Source: Methanomicrobia archaeon (GTDB lineage Archaea > Halobacteriota > Bog-38 > Methanoflorentales > Methanoflorentaceae). From it: a stretch of DNA of 64,000 bases. The stretch lies in NCBI GenBank assembly GCA_015661395.1, contig JACWML010000002.1, forward strand, positions 9,630-73,629, given 5' to 3'. The position numbers were made by a program, and so were the translations under genes. The notes below the pieces were generated by a model. That model was not told where the DNA came from. It searched no databases and was given only the letters and a program-made list of their open reading frames with translations. Of this stretch, positions 8,805 to 19,275 are shown piece by piece (within the stretch, counting starts at the first letter, position 1; every line of letters begins with the position of its first letter).

Positions 8805-9626
8805 CTACACGTCTTCCACGCGATCGAGCCATTCGTTGACTAAGCAGTTAAACACGGTCTCTTGCTCGACTTCCAAGCCGTGCCCTGCCCTATCCAATAT
8901 TGCAACAGTTCCGCGGGAGTAATTCGTAGCTATTTTTAGTGAGTCATGATACCCCACCGACGCGTCTTGGCGGCCCACTAGGATGAGCGCAGGCCGGTCG
9001 AAGGGATGCAGAAGCAGGTCTACCTCATAGGAGAAGCTGTACCCACGGTTTTCAAATCGCTTGAGAAACGACTCATCTTTAGCATTCATCCCTGGAACAA
9101 TATCCTGCGTGAAGCGATCCCATCGCGATTGGTCCTGCACCACAAGCACGCGCTCAAACAATTGCTTCTGAGCGCTGGGTGCGATGCTCGCTAAGAACGA
9201 TTTATCCTTGACGAATACCCGTCGGGGGGGTAAGTCGCGCCGGTTTCGATCAGCGATGACCACAGGACAGATGAGAAGGACTCCTTTGAGGCGTTCAGGT
9301 ATGGAACGAACCAGGCCGCGGGCCAGGTATCCTCCGTACGATTCGCCAGCCACCAGGAACTGATCGTCGGGAATAACGTTTTCACAAAACTCAATGATAA
9401 CGTCCAGCATCTGATCTGCATCGTTTAACCAGCGGGGAGCGCGCGTGCGACCCATGCCCGGCAGGTCGAAATAGGTACGTTTCCATCCCGCGCGATTTGT
9501 GAAGATCGGTTCCATGCAGCCGGTCATCACGTGGTGATCGATGCCAAACCCGTGGATCGCTAGCACGGGGTTGCCCTCGCCGTACGTCTCGTAATAAATG
9601 TGCAGATCGCCTATGTCGCATATCAT
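8805..9626 (-). CDS. alpha/beta-fold hydrolase
   Basis: HGFG is followed by the nucleophile elbow AGESYGG and a C-terminal GH. The ATG at 9626 (MICDIGDLHIYYETYG) seems the more plausible start. The ORF track extends to 9716. Confidence 0.7.
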   Translation of the reverse strand: MICDIGDLHIYYETYGEGNPVLAIHGFGIDHHVMTGCMEPIFTNRAGWKRTYFDLPGMGRTRAPRWLNDADQMLDVIIEFCENVIPDDQFLVAGESYGGYLARGLVRSIPERLKGVLLICPVVIADRNRRDLPPRRVFVKDKSFLASIAPSAQKQLFERVLVVQDQSRWDRFTQDIVPGMNAKDESFLKRFENRGYSFSYEVDLLLHPFDRPALILVGRQDASVGYHDSLKIATNYSRGTVAILDRAGHGLEVEQETVFNCLVNEWLDRVEDV

Positions 9627-10758
9627 GGATAGTGAGATGAGGGGCTCGAGGTAAAAAAGATGGTGCCGTTTTGTAAACAATTGGCCAGGGTTTGGGAAAC
9701 TTCCAACGTTCGGCACAATCAGGCATCATCGAGTAAATGCCAGCGGTAGCTCTTTGGAACAGATGCTCTCGCGCCACGCCATTCTGCTAGGGTTTTGCTG
9801 CATGAAGTGGTGCCCCCCCAGAAACGTCCACGGGGGGAAGCTAGGATGGGTCTCTCTAAATAGGATGAGGAACATATAAGTTATTAGAGACCATAACGGC
9901 CTCCCAGCGTTAGCATTTCCACTTGCTGTAGTGAATTGCCGTTGGGGGGCGACGCCGCATGTCTCCAAAAATGAGGTAGTCACGCTCTGTGCGAGACACG
10001 CGGCTTTCGGTGCCTTTTCCCAACTGCTTTTCCCCAAGAACGACGTACTATTTTAACTTGTTGGATTATGAGCAGTAGTTCTAGTGCATCTCACTGCTTG
10101 CCCCGTTTCAAAACGCTTAGCCAAAATACGCCGCCAGGTTGTCCCAATACCATTCGACCCACCCAGTTTTGAGATCTGCATAAAGATCTTCAGGGATATC
10201 GGCCTGTAAAATCTAATCTTGTTTCCTGATCTTGCCCCTGCAACTCGAACGTCACCGTAGAATAATGACCTTGGGGGCAATCGGCCCCTCGTCATTTTTG
10301 CACGATTTTCTTGTCTGGGATCAGTTCGACGGTCGTTCCGGAGGCCAGCCATCGAAGGCACTAAGCTCTCCTCCGACTTCCCTACGTGTGACCGCCGGTG
10401 AATGCGTAAACTCTGCGTGTTGATTGGAATCCATGCCTCATAGACGTGGTGAGGAGTTGCCTAAGCAACACCGATTGATGGAGGGTTCTGGTTTTCATTT
10501 GCATCATCATTTCATGAGGCCATGCTTATCTGGCTGCTCAGCACGCCAAGGTTTTCGGTTCGAGCGTATTGCCGTGACTCTGGTGTTGGCACGTGGCGTT
10601 CAAGAGATGAAAGGTTAGCGCACGGAACGAACCACAAATCGATGCTGTCGCGGAGAGAGCCCCGTTTGGTCTTAGCGGGCGCTTGTTCTCTCCAATGCGC
10701 GAAGCTATATATGACATAGGCATACAGATACGTGTTCAACCAAAAAGGAGGTGACGGC

Positions 10759-11013
10759 GTGTATAGAGCAAACACAAGAAACAATTTCGGCGGCGGCTAC
10801 AAGAGCTACGATAGTAAACCGAAGAGCGCCCCCGTAGATGTCGGAAAGCAATACGACGTGAAAATCGAAGATATTGCAAAACAGGGCGACGGGATAGCTC
10901 GCATTAGCGGTTTCGTGATTTTCGTTCCACACACCAAGATCGGTGACGAAGTTAAGATTGAAATCAAGGCTGTGAAGCGCAACTTCGCTTTTGCTGAAGT
11001 AGTCGAAGAGTAA
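10759..11013 (+). CDS. small TRAM-domain RNA-binding protein
   Basis: VGKQYDVKIEDIAKQGDGIARISGFVIFVPHTKIGDEVKIEIKAVKRNFAFAEVV is a TRAM fold pattern. The GTG at 10759 lies 7 nt after AGGAGGTGA. The ORF track start is 10732. Confidence 0.75.
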   Translation: MYRANTRNNFGGGYKSYDSKPKSAPVDVGKQYDVKIEDIAKQGDGIARISGFVIFVPHTKIGDEVKIEIKAVKRNFAFAEVVEE

Positions 11014-11218
11014 CCAAGCTAGTTTGAGTTACGGATTGAACTGAATTGATGGATTAACTGCATTATTGTGGAAGTTGCGCTGCGCACCTTGACTAATATG
11101 TTGTTCTTCCATCTACCTTTTTGATTAACTGGTGAATTTGACGCACGTTTGCGCCCAATGCGTTGCACACTTTTTCGAAAAGCGCACGCTTTCTTTCTGT
11201 GAAGCAATTTTGTGACGT

Positions 11219-12025
11219 TCACAGGACAAGGTGGGCTCCGCACTTGTATATTGCCGTTTTGCGGACGGTCCCGAATTCACTGAGCGCATCAGACGGATCT
11301 GTGCCGTAAACCGCGTCTCCAAGCATCGCCATCGAAACGCATCCCCCGGCAGCCTCTACGGCCTCGACCGCGTCTCGCGCTTTCTGACTCAACATTTCGG
11401 TGTCGTACGCAAATTGCCGAGACAGACGCATGAATTCGTCAAACGTGGGCTTTCGGATTAGCTTCTTGAGCGCGGCCGATCCAAAGGTCTCTATTGCAGC
11501 GAGCGCGCCTCGATCTGCCAAGATTTCAGGCGTCGAAAGTGGCCCGAACACAAGATAAGAGATCTCAAGCGGTGGGGTGGGAATTCGATCGACCGAATCT
11601 TGTCGCCTAATGACGACACCTCCAACAGCCTGCGCGATGACGTCGCCGACTCCGGTTTTGTTGATAATTTCTGCGCGCTGTGCCGTCTCGCAAAGCGCGT
11701 TGAAACTGAAATTGAGCTTCCATAGCTGGTTGAGGGAAAGAGCGGTGCTTAAAGCGCCTGCACCACTCGTGCCCAGGCCGCAGCTAATCGGCCCGGCGAG
11801 TTCCGTCCTTACGTCGGCTTGCTGCTCGGATAGAGCAGCGAGGACCGTCCTTGTGGTAGGCGCGGGAGAGGGCTCTCTGTTAATATACACGTTACCTTCG
11901 CCTACCACGGCTTCAGTCGTTGCGCCATCGGCGATAACAATGCCGCACCCGACTGAGGACATCCCTGCCCGGTCGGGCTTCAGCGCGAAAAACCCTGTTA
12001 TGTGAAACGGGCAAAACGCTTTCAT
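11219..12025 (-). CDS. pantoate kinase (archaeal CoA pathway, GHMP kinase family)
   Basis: The N-terminus AFCPFHITGFF and the GHMP motif PISCGLGTSGAGALSTAL match the family. It overlaps coaBC by 4 nt. Confidence 0.7.
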   Translation of the reverse strand: MKAFCPFHITGFFALKPDRAGMSSVGCGIVIADGATTEAVVGEGNVYINREPSPAPTTRTVLAALSEQQADVRTELAGPISCGLGTSGAGALSTALSLNQLWKLNFSFNALCETAQRAEIINKTGVGDVIAQAVGGVVIRRQDSVDRIPTPPLEISYLVFGPLSTPEILADRGALAAIETFGSAALKKLIRKPTFDEFMRLSRQFAYDTEMLSQKARDAVEAVEAAGGCVSMAMLGDAVYGTDPSDALSEFGTVRKTAIYKCGAHLVL

Positions 12026-13176
12026 GTGCCGTTCATTCGACGAACGATAGCGTCCATGATCTTCTCGGCGAGGAATGCCTTGTCGCCCCGGTGCCGTTCG
12101 ACCTGTGAGTTGACGATGTATATTTCGTTTTCTTCCGTGCCCATTCCTTGGAACGTTACATCGTTCGCGACTACCAGATCAACGGGGATAGATCTGGCGC
12201 ATTCAATAAGAGCGTCCGGAGTCGTGTGTGTTTCCGCTTTGAAACAAACGATAAAGAGGTTTGGGTACTTCGCTCTGACGATGTCGGTAAGTTTCGGCAC
12301 ATTTTTCAGCGCGAGATTTAGTTCCTGACCCGATCTTATCTTCCCACTGTGTTTATCTATCGTATAATCTGAGATGGCCGCCGCATTGATGAAAATGTCG
12401 CACCCTTTCTCGAGCTCAGACTGCACCGCTTGAATCATCTCGGCCGCGCTTTCCACATGTACCTGGTTGACGAGCCGCGCGTCGCCGCTGTGCACGATAG
12501 TGACGCTCGCGCCTCTTCTAAAGGCTGCATATGCAAGCTCTCTGCCCGTTCGTCCGGAGCTCCTCGTAGTAAGAATGCGAATGGGATCTAATGATTCTAT
12601 CGTCGCTCCGCTGGTTATTACGACTCTCTTTTGGCTGAGCTCACCTTCCGAAACGAGCCGTTCGACCACGAGTACGATTTCGTCGAGTTCAGCAAGCTTT
12701 GCTTTGCCTTCTTCCAAGCGCGGCGATACGAAATGCACAAGGTCTTTCAAGCGATGAAGGTTCTCAGCGATGAACGGATGAGAGTACATGGACTCGTGCA
12801 TCGCCGGGACGATGACTACGGGCTTTCCCGATCCCAGCGCCGTGACGGCGCACGTCGTGACGGGGGTGTCGTCGATGCCGTGTGCCACCTTACCGATCGT
12901 GTTTGCCGTGCACGGGGCAATTAGCAGCAAATCTGCCGATCCGCCTTTACCGAGAAATGTAACGTGTTCCACGTTTCCGGTAAGTTGCGTGATCACGGGC
13001 TTCTGTGTTGCATATTCCAGCGCGCTCGGATGAATTATCTTGCAGGCCGCGTCTGTCATCACGCAATGTATCGTTGCGCCTTTGCGCTTGAGCTCGTGGA
13101 TGAGCTTGACTGTTTCTACTGCTGCGATGCTGCCAGTAACTCCGACGATGATAATCTTGCCTTCCAAACTTCTCAT
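12022..13176 (-). CDS. coaBC: bifunctional phosphopantothenoylcysteine decarboxylase / phosphopantothenate-cysteine ligase
   Basis: The flavoprotein N-terminus reads KIIIVGVTGSIAAVETVKLIHELKRKGA. The CoaB-type C-terminal half reads VVITSGATIESLDPIR..TTRSSG. It is 384 aa. Confidence 0.85.
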   Translation of the reverse strand: MRSLEGKIIIVGVTGSIAAVETVKLIHELKRKGATIHCVMTDAACKIIHPSALEYATQKPVITQLTGNVEHVTFLGKGGSADLLLIAPCTANTIGKVAHGIDDTPVTTCAVTALGSGKPVVIVPAMHESMYSHPFIAENLHRLKDLVHFVSPRLEEGKAKLAELDEIVLVVERLVSEGELSQKRVVITSGATIESLDPIRILTTRSSGRTGRELAYAAFRRGASVTIVHSGDARLVNQVHVESAAEMIQAVQSELEKGCDIFINAAAISDYTIDKHSGKIRSGQELNLALKNVPKLTDIVRAKYPNLFIVCFKAETHTTPDALIECARSIPVDLVVANDVTFQGMGTEENEIYIVNSQVERHRGDKAFLAEKIMDAIVRRMNGT

Positions 13177-13404
13177 GTGCTTGCAACCGTTGCGTTTTAA
13201 GCTAGTTTCCTCTCGTTTGACTGATTAAGTTTTGCATCACGGCCCACCAAAATGGCGGTGTACTTATGAGCACGCGGGCGGTGGCTGTTATGTTCCAGTT
13301 AGAACAAAAGCCAATGGCAGCACGTTCATTTCGGCTACTCGCACCGTTGCGCGCCTAACAAGAATCGAGCGAAATAGCTAATACCCGTCGCCTCGTCAGA
13401 GGGT

Positions 13405-14868
13405 ATGATGAAGCAAAACATCATACGAAAGGGACGATTAGCGGAGTTCGATGAGCAGGCGCTGCGGTTCACCTCCTCTATCGCCGCGGACGCGTGGTTC
13501 TTTCGCTATGATATTCTTATTGATCTCGCCCACGTGGCGATGCTCAAAAAGCAAAACATCATCGAGCAAACGACGTTCGAAGCGTTGACAAAGGCACTCC
13601 TCAAAATCAAGGAGCAGGGGTACGCCAAGCTGCCGCAGGACGTTGATGACGTCCACGTCGCGATCGAGACTGCCTTAATGGAGCGCGCCGGAAGCGCGCA
13701 AGCAGGGTGGCTCCATGTCGGCAGGTCAAGAAACGATGAGGTTGCAACCTGCATTCGCATGGCGTTACGCCATGACCTACTGGAGCTCATGGACAATGTT
13801 CTTGCCTTACAAGATACGCTTCTGGAACGATCCGCAAGCAACGCCACGACCATTATGCCGGGATTCACGCACTTGCAACACGCGCAGCCAACCTCGCTCG
13901 GGCATCATCTACTTGCGCACTGTGACGCTTTAGAGCGAGACTTTGCGAGGCTGGCCAACTCGTACGAGCGGACAAACCAATCTCCTTTAGGCGCAGCTGC
14001 CTTTGCTTCAACAGGGTGGCCGCTTGACCGAGATTTTGTTGCGTCGGCACTTGGCTTTGATGGCATCGTAGAGAATTCTATGGACGCCGTAAGCACCCGT
14101 GATTTCGCGATAGAAGCGCTCGCCGCTGTATTAAATGTGATGATCACGCTTAGTCGTTTGGCCGAAGAGCTGATATTATGGAGCACATCTGAGTTTGGTT
14201 ACGTGGAAATAGACGACAAGTTCGCTTCGACAAGTTCCATCATGCCCCAAAAGAAAAACCCTGATACGCTCGAGCTGATTAGGGCTAAGACCGGTTCGGT
14301 TATTGGAGATTTTACGGCTAGCGTGGTGATTTGTAAGGCGCTGCCGTTCAGCTACAATCTCGACTTGCAGGAGATTACACCGCACTTGCGACAGGCGCTT
14401 GCGACGACAGTCGATTGTGCTCGCATCGCGAACGCGGTGCTGCAAACCATTTCGATCAACAAACAACGGCTTGCTGAAATGAGCGCCGTGGGTTTCACCA
14501 CTGCAACTGAGCTAGCTGATACGATCGCGCGCACCGCACACGTTCCTTTTCGCACGGCACACACGATTGTCGGAGACCTCGCGCGCGTCGGCGCGTACGA
14601 CTTGGACGCGATCGACCAAGTTGGGTTTCGGCACCTCGGAAAGCAGCTCTCGCTGCTTGGGCTGACAGCAGACGATGTCGCAGAAGCTCTTGACGTTAAT
14701 CGTAACGTTGCAAAGCGGGACATCGCAGGCGGGCCTGCCGCCAGCCAGCTCAAACGGATGTTGAAAGTGCGACGCAGGCGGCATAAGATGCGACAGCAAC
14801 GCCTCTTGCTGCGACAGACAGCACTGCTGAGGGTGGAGAAAGGTCTGCTGACTGCGTCTGGAGCTTAG
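13405..14868 (+). CDS. argH: argininosuccinate lyase
   Basis: Fumarate-lyase signatures are GRSRNDEVATCIRMAL and SSIMPQKKNPD. The size is typical. Confidence 0.9.
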   Translation: MMKQNIIRKGRLAEFDEQALRFTSSIAADAWFFRYDILIDLAHVAMLKKQNIIEQTTFEALTKALLKIKEQGYAKLPQDVDDVHVAIETALMERAGSAQAGWLHVGRSRNDEVATCIRMALRHDLLELMDNVLALQDTLLERSASNATTIMPGFTHLQHAQPTSLGHHLLAHCDALERDFARLANSYERTNQSPLGAAAFASTGWPLDRDFVASALGFDGIVENSMDAVSTRDFAIEALAAVLNVMITLSRLAEELILWSTSEFGYVEIDDKFASTSSIMPQKKNPDTLELIRAKTGSVIGDFTASVVICKALPFSYNLDLQEITPHLRQALATTVDCARIANAVLQTISINKQRLAEMSAVGFTTATELADTIARTAHVPFRTAHTIVGDLARVGAYDLDAIDQVGFRHLGKQLSLLGLTADDVAEALDVNRNVAKRDIAGGPAASQLKRMLKVRRRRHKMRQQRLLLRQTALLRVEKGLLTASGA

Positions 14869-14869
14869 A

Positions 14870-16135
14870 ATGGGCGACATAGGACACGGTGATCGCGTCA
14901 AAGTGGTTAAGGATAAGAAAGAGTTTTTCGGCGCGCTGATGCCGAGTGTGACTGACTTTGTCGTGATCAAACTCGACAGCGGGTATAACGTAGGCTTCGC
15001 ACCCGAAGGGGTGACGATGACGCTTGTCGAAAAGGGAGCGTCGCTCGCCGAAAAGCGATTGCCGCGGCCTGTACGACCTGAACTGCCGCGACTGAACATC
15101 ATTTCTACTGGGGGCACTATTGCTAGCAAAATCGACTACCGAACAGGTGCGGTGACAAGTCAATTTGACGCGGACGACATTATCGACGCGATTCCGAGCT
15201 TAGCCGAAATCGCTAACATTGACGGCACACTGCTCTTCAACATACTGAGCGAAAATATGCGGCCAGAATCGTGGTCAGAGCTCGCTCAATGTGTCTATAA
15301 CGAAGTTCGCGCAGGAGCCGATGGGGTACTCGTGACCCACGGAACGGACACCTTAGGATACAGCGCCGCTGCCTTGTCATTCATGCTTCAGGTACCCGTG
15401 CCGGTTGTGCTCGTCGGTTCGCAAAGATCTGCTGATCGACCGAGCAGCGACAACGTCGTTAATGCGATCTGCGCCGCAGTAGCAGCTACAAGTGACCTTG
15501 CTGGGGTTTTTGTGGTAATGCACGAAGACGCGTCGGATGACACCTGCCTTGTCCACCAAGGAACCCGCACCAAGAAAATGCACACGTCACGACGCGACGC
15601 GTTTCGATCAGTTAACGCCTCGCCGATTGCACGCGTCAGCTATCAGGAACGGTCGCTGCGATTCTTATGCGATCACACGGATCGAGGCGGTTGCGAACTC
15701 TCCGTCCGTCCACAGATCGAGCCGAAGTGCGCTCTCGTGAAGTTTTTCCCAGGAGCGAGTCCTGCTATTGTGGACTACTATGTGGCACAAGGGTACAGGG
15801 GCTTGGTCATTGAAGGAACCGGTCTGGGGCACGTCGCGAGCGACTGGATTTCGCACGTAAAAAAGGCTGCAGATGTTATGCCGGTCGTAATGACCTCTCA
15901 ATGTGTCTACGGGAGGGTGTGTGACAGAGTCTACGACACGGGGCGTGATCTGCTGAGTGCAGGCGCGATCGAAGGTGATGACATGCTAAGCGAAACAGCG
16001 CTCGTCAAACTGATGTGGGTGCTTGGCCAGACGTCCGATCGTTTTGAGATTGCTAGGCTTTTGAAAACTGACGTCGCCGGAGAGATAAGCGCGGATGCGA
16101 CTAGGACACGAAGCACGTTCGAGGAGTTGCCGTGA
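14870..16135 (+). CDS. gatD: Glu-tRNA(Gln) amidotransferase subunit D
   Basis: The asparaginase-like core reads ISTGGTIASKIDYRTGAV and THGTDTLGYSAAALSF. It also has the archaeal GatD N-terminal domain. It starts 1 nt after the argH stop. Confidence 0.9.
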   Translation: MGDIGHGDRVKVVKDKKEFFGALMPSVTDFVVIKLDSGYNVGFAPEGVTMTLVEKGASLAEKRLPRPVRPELPRLNIISTGGTIASKIDYRTGAVTSQFDADDIIDAIPSLAEIANIDGTLLFNILSENMRPESWSELAQCVYNEVRAGADGVLVTHGTDTLGYSAAALSFMLQVPVPVVLVGSQRSADRPSSDNVVNAICAAVAATSDLAGVFVVMHEDASDDTCLVHQGTRTKKMHTSRRDAFRSVNASPIARVSYQERSLRFLCDHTDRGGCELSVRPQIEPKCALVKFFPGASPAIVDYYVAQGYRGLVIEGTGLGHVASDWISHVKKAADVMPVVMTSQCVYGRVCDRVYDTGRDLLSAGAIEGDDMLSETALVKLMWVLGQTSDRFEIARLLKTDVAGEISADATRTRSTFEELP

Positions 16136-18030
16136 AAGAGCACGACTACAAAAAAGTCGGCCTGAAGGCAGGCTTGGAGATTCATCAACAGCTGAACACT
16201 ACGTCAAAACTGTTTTGCAGCAGCCCGACCGAATTGCGGGACACAAAAGACGCGTCTTACGAGTTCTATCGCTACCTGCGACCTTCAAAGAGCGAGATGG
16301 GGGAGATCGACCGCGCCGCGATCGAAGAGGGGATCGGCACCCGGCGATTTACGTACAAGGCGTATGAGAGCACGTGCCTTGTGGAAAATGATGATGAACC
16401 GCCGCTGGAAATGAACCTTGAGGCCCTGAAAATTGCGCTTCAAATAGCCCTCCTTCTGCAGATGCAACCTTTCGAGCAAGCCCACACAATGAGGAAATTG
16501 GTAATAGATGGGTCGAACACAAGCGGGTTCCAGCGAACGGCACTCCTCGCAGCAGGCGGATACATATCGCTTAGCAGCGGTTCCGTTCAAATCGACACGC
16601 TGTCCATCGAAGAGGAAGCAGCGCAGATAGTCGACAAAGACGTTTACTCCATCGACCGGCTCGGCATCCCCCTCGTCGAAATCGGCACCGCCCCAGACGT
16701 GGCAACACCTAAGATGGCACGAGAGCTTGCGCTTGCGATTGGAACGATCTTGCGCGCGTGTAAAGTCAAGCGAGGGATTGGAACGATCAGGCAGGATATC
16801 AACATCTCTATCGCGGGCGGTGCACGCGTCGAAATTAAGGGAGTGCAGGCACTTGACCTCATTGAGAACATTGTGCGCCTTGAAGTCACGAGGCAGCTGA
16901 GCCTGCTAAAGATCCGAGACGAGCTACAAGAGCGCGGGGCGGGCGTAGGAAAACCAGTCGAAGTCAGTTCGATATTTGCCCATACTGCGTCAAACGTGCT
17001 TGAGAAGAAACACGTGTGGGGCCTGTTGCTTCGTTGTTTTGCCGGCCTCGTGGGCAAGGACATCCAGCCCGGTCGTCGACTCGGTTCCGAATTCGCGGAT
17101 CACGCAAAGAAGAGGGGTGTAACTGGGATCTTTCACACTGACGAGTTGCCGCGATACGGAATAACGTCTCGCGAAACCGAGGCTCTTTTGCGGTTTTTGA
17201 AAGCTGAGGAAAGCGATGCTGTTGTTATACTCGCAGACGAGAACGTTAAAAAGTGCGTCGAGGCGATGTATGCTGTCATGGACCGCGCCAAAGCAGCCAC
17301 TGAAGGCGTGCCCGAAGAAACGCGACGCGCGCTGAGCAATGGATGCTCTGAATATATGCGGCCGCTTCCTGGAGCGGCCCGCCTGTACCCGGAGACGGAC
17401 GTGTCTCCCATCGCGGTTCCGACGGCACTCATTGATCGCATCAAAGCGCATTTGCCTGAGAGGCTCGATGATCGGATGCATCGCTATAGGCAGGAGTTTC
17501 TCCTGAACGAAGAGTTGGCGAGGCAAATAGCGTGGTCTGAAAACAGTCAACTTTTTGAGCAAGTTATGCGCCTCTGGGCAGGCCCAGATGGTAGCTACGG
17601 TCGGGACGAAGTCAAAGATGCCGCAACGTTCGTAGTGCGAACGCTTGAAGGAACGATCGCAGAGTTGAAAAGGGACGACGTGCCTGTCGACCGTCTAACC
17701 CGTGAAAGCATACTTGATGTTTTCAGGCTTGTGAACTTTAAGACCATATCAAAGGAAGGCGTGCCCGAAATCCTCCGCTCCCTCGCCGAATGTCCGACGA
17801 AAGCGGCAAGCGATGTAGCAGCAGAGCTTGGATTTGTCATGTTGAGCAAGCCCGAGCTTCAGGCGATCGTAGACGACGTCGTGCAATCGCGACTCGAGTT
17901 CGTCAAAGCCAAAGGCGTAAGTGCAGTAGGACCCCTGATGGGCGTCGTTATGAAGCAAGTCAGAGGCAAGGCAGACGGAAAACTGGTTAACGAAGTGCTC
18001 CGCGCAAAGATTGGGTCCGTTCTCCAGTAG
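16132..18030 (+). CDS. gatE: Glu-tRNA(Gln) amidotransferase subunit E
   Basis: It begins GLKAGLEIHQQL. It is a 632-aa GatB/E-family protein with an insertion domain. It overlaps gatD by 4 nt. Confidence 0.9.
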   Translation: MKEHDYKKVGLKAGLEIHQQLNTTSKLFCSSPTELRDTKDASYEFYRYLRPSKSEMGEIDRAAIEEGIGTRRFTYKAYESTCLVENDDEPPLEMNLEALKIALQIALLLQMQPFEQAHTMRKLVIDGSNTSGFQRTALLAAGGYISLSSGSVQIDTLSIEEEAAQIVDKDVYSIDRLGIPLVEIGTAPDVATPKMARELALAIGTILRACKVKRGIGTIRQDINISIAGGARVEIKGVQALDLIENIVRLEVTRQLSLLKIRDELQERGAGVGKPVEVSSIFAHTASNVLEKKHVWGLLLRCFAGLVGKDIQPGRRLGSEFADHAKKRGVTGIFHTDELPRYGITSRETEALLRFLKAEESDAVVILADENVKKCVEAMYAVMDRAKAATEGVPEETRRALSNGCSEYMRPLPGAARLYPETDVSPIAVPTALIDRIKAHLPERLDDRMHRYRQEFLLNEELARQIAWSENSQLFEQVMRLWAGPDGSYGRDEVKDAATFVVRTLEGTIAELKRDDVPVDRLTRESILDVFRLVNFKTISKEGVPEILRSLAECPTKAASDVAAELGFVMLSKPELQAIVDDVVQSRLEFVKAKGVSAVGPLMGVVMKQVRGKADGKLVNEVLRAKIGSVLQ

Positions 18031-18040
18031 AGGTGATTTC

Positions 18041-19090
18041 TTGCAGAGCACGGAACTGCTGTATGACTTGGTGAACATTCCGAGCACTAGCACGCACGAG
18101 GAAGGCATCAGTCTTTTTGTAGAAGAAAGGCTGCGCGACCTCGGAATGGAAATCATACGCTCTGGAAACAATCTTATCGGAAAACTGGGCCGCGAGGGGC
18201 CTGTGCTCGTACTTTGCGGCCACCTCGATACGGTGCCTCCATTTTTCCCGCCTAGAATTCAAGGGCGAAAGCTTTACGGGAGGGGCGCAGCCGATGACAA
18301 GGGTGGGCTGGCCGCTGTCATAGATGCGGTAGCGAACACTGACCAAGAACGGCTCAAGGGCACGCTGCTTACGGCGTTCGTCGTCGACGAAGAGCTCAGA
18401 AGCCGCGGCGCTCAGGAAGTGTTGCCTCAGCTGCGCGCTGACTTTGGCGTCGTCTGCGAGCCGACGAATCTGAAGATTGTAAACGGGCAGAAGGGGCGCT
18501 TGACGCTTCGCATTCAATCCGTCGGCAAAAGAGCACATGCGAGTAAGCCTGAGCTTGGGAAGAACGCCATTGTTGAGATGGCAAAGCTTGTGTTGCGGCT
18601 CGAACAGCTTCCGCTGACCCGGCATCCCGAGCTTGGCCACGAAACTATCTCGGTTAGTACTATCGCTGCTGGAGATGCGGTTAACATCGTTCCCGATCGT
18701 TGTTCGATTGACGTTGATTATCGCTACGTGCCTCCCGACGATGCATCAAGCGTTTTAGCCACGCTGAGGGCCAAATTGCCCGAAGCGCGAATAGAATTCG
18801 CGGACGACCCCAAAAACTTCACGCACCCATTTTACCTGCCCACTCACCAGATCATCACTTTGTTGGGCGAGTCCATAAGCAGCATTGGCCTCGAGCCGCA
18901 GACGGCCACAATGGACGCGGGCACTGATGCTTCGCGCTTCAATGAGGTCGGAATACCTACTGTTGTCTTCGGGCCCGGAGGCATCGCGCAGGCTCACACG
19001 TCTGATGAATGGATAGAGCTTCACGAAGTGGAGATGGCAAGCGTAGTCTTCCAAGAGTTGATAAAAAGAGTTTTGACGACACAACGCTGA
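18041..19090 (+). CDS. M20-family metallohydrolase (acetylornithine deacetylase ArgE / LysW-lysine hydrolase LysK-like)
   Basis: Motifs are LCGHLDTVPP and GRGAADDKGGLAA. The TTG at 18041 lies 4 nt after GAGGTGA. The ORF track start at 18011 overlaps the gatE end. Confidence 0.75.
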   Translation: MQSTELLYDLVNIPSTSTHEEGISLFVEERLRDLGMEIIRSGNNLIGKLGREGPVLVLCGHLDTVPPFFPPRIQGRKLYGRGAADDKGGLAAVIDAVANTDQERLKGTLLTAFVVDEELRSRGAQEVLPQLRADFGVVCEPTNLKIVNGQKGRLTLRIQSVGKRAHASKPELGKNAIVEMAKLVLRLEQLPLTRHPELGHETISVSTIAAGDAVNIVPDRCSIDVDYRYVPPDDASSVLATLRAKLPEARIEFADDPKNFTHPFYLPTHQIITLLGESISSIGLEPQTATMDAGTDASRFNEVGIPTVVFGPGGIAQAHTSDEWIELHEVEMASVVFQELIKRVLTTQR

Positions 19091-19275
19091 TTTGGCTCGG
19101 GTGTCGCTCTGTCGTCTCTCTCGTGTCGCTAAACGACGCCGGTTTCCGCCAGGACACAAGAGTTCTTATTACAGAAGGGCTTAGAGCTATGACGGTAGCG
19201 GGCACGATGCGACCTGTAGATGACGTGAGACGTCCCACCATTCGGCTTTTCAAAACAGATCCTGACTGAACATCC

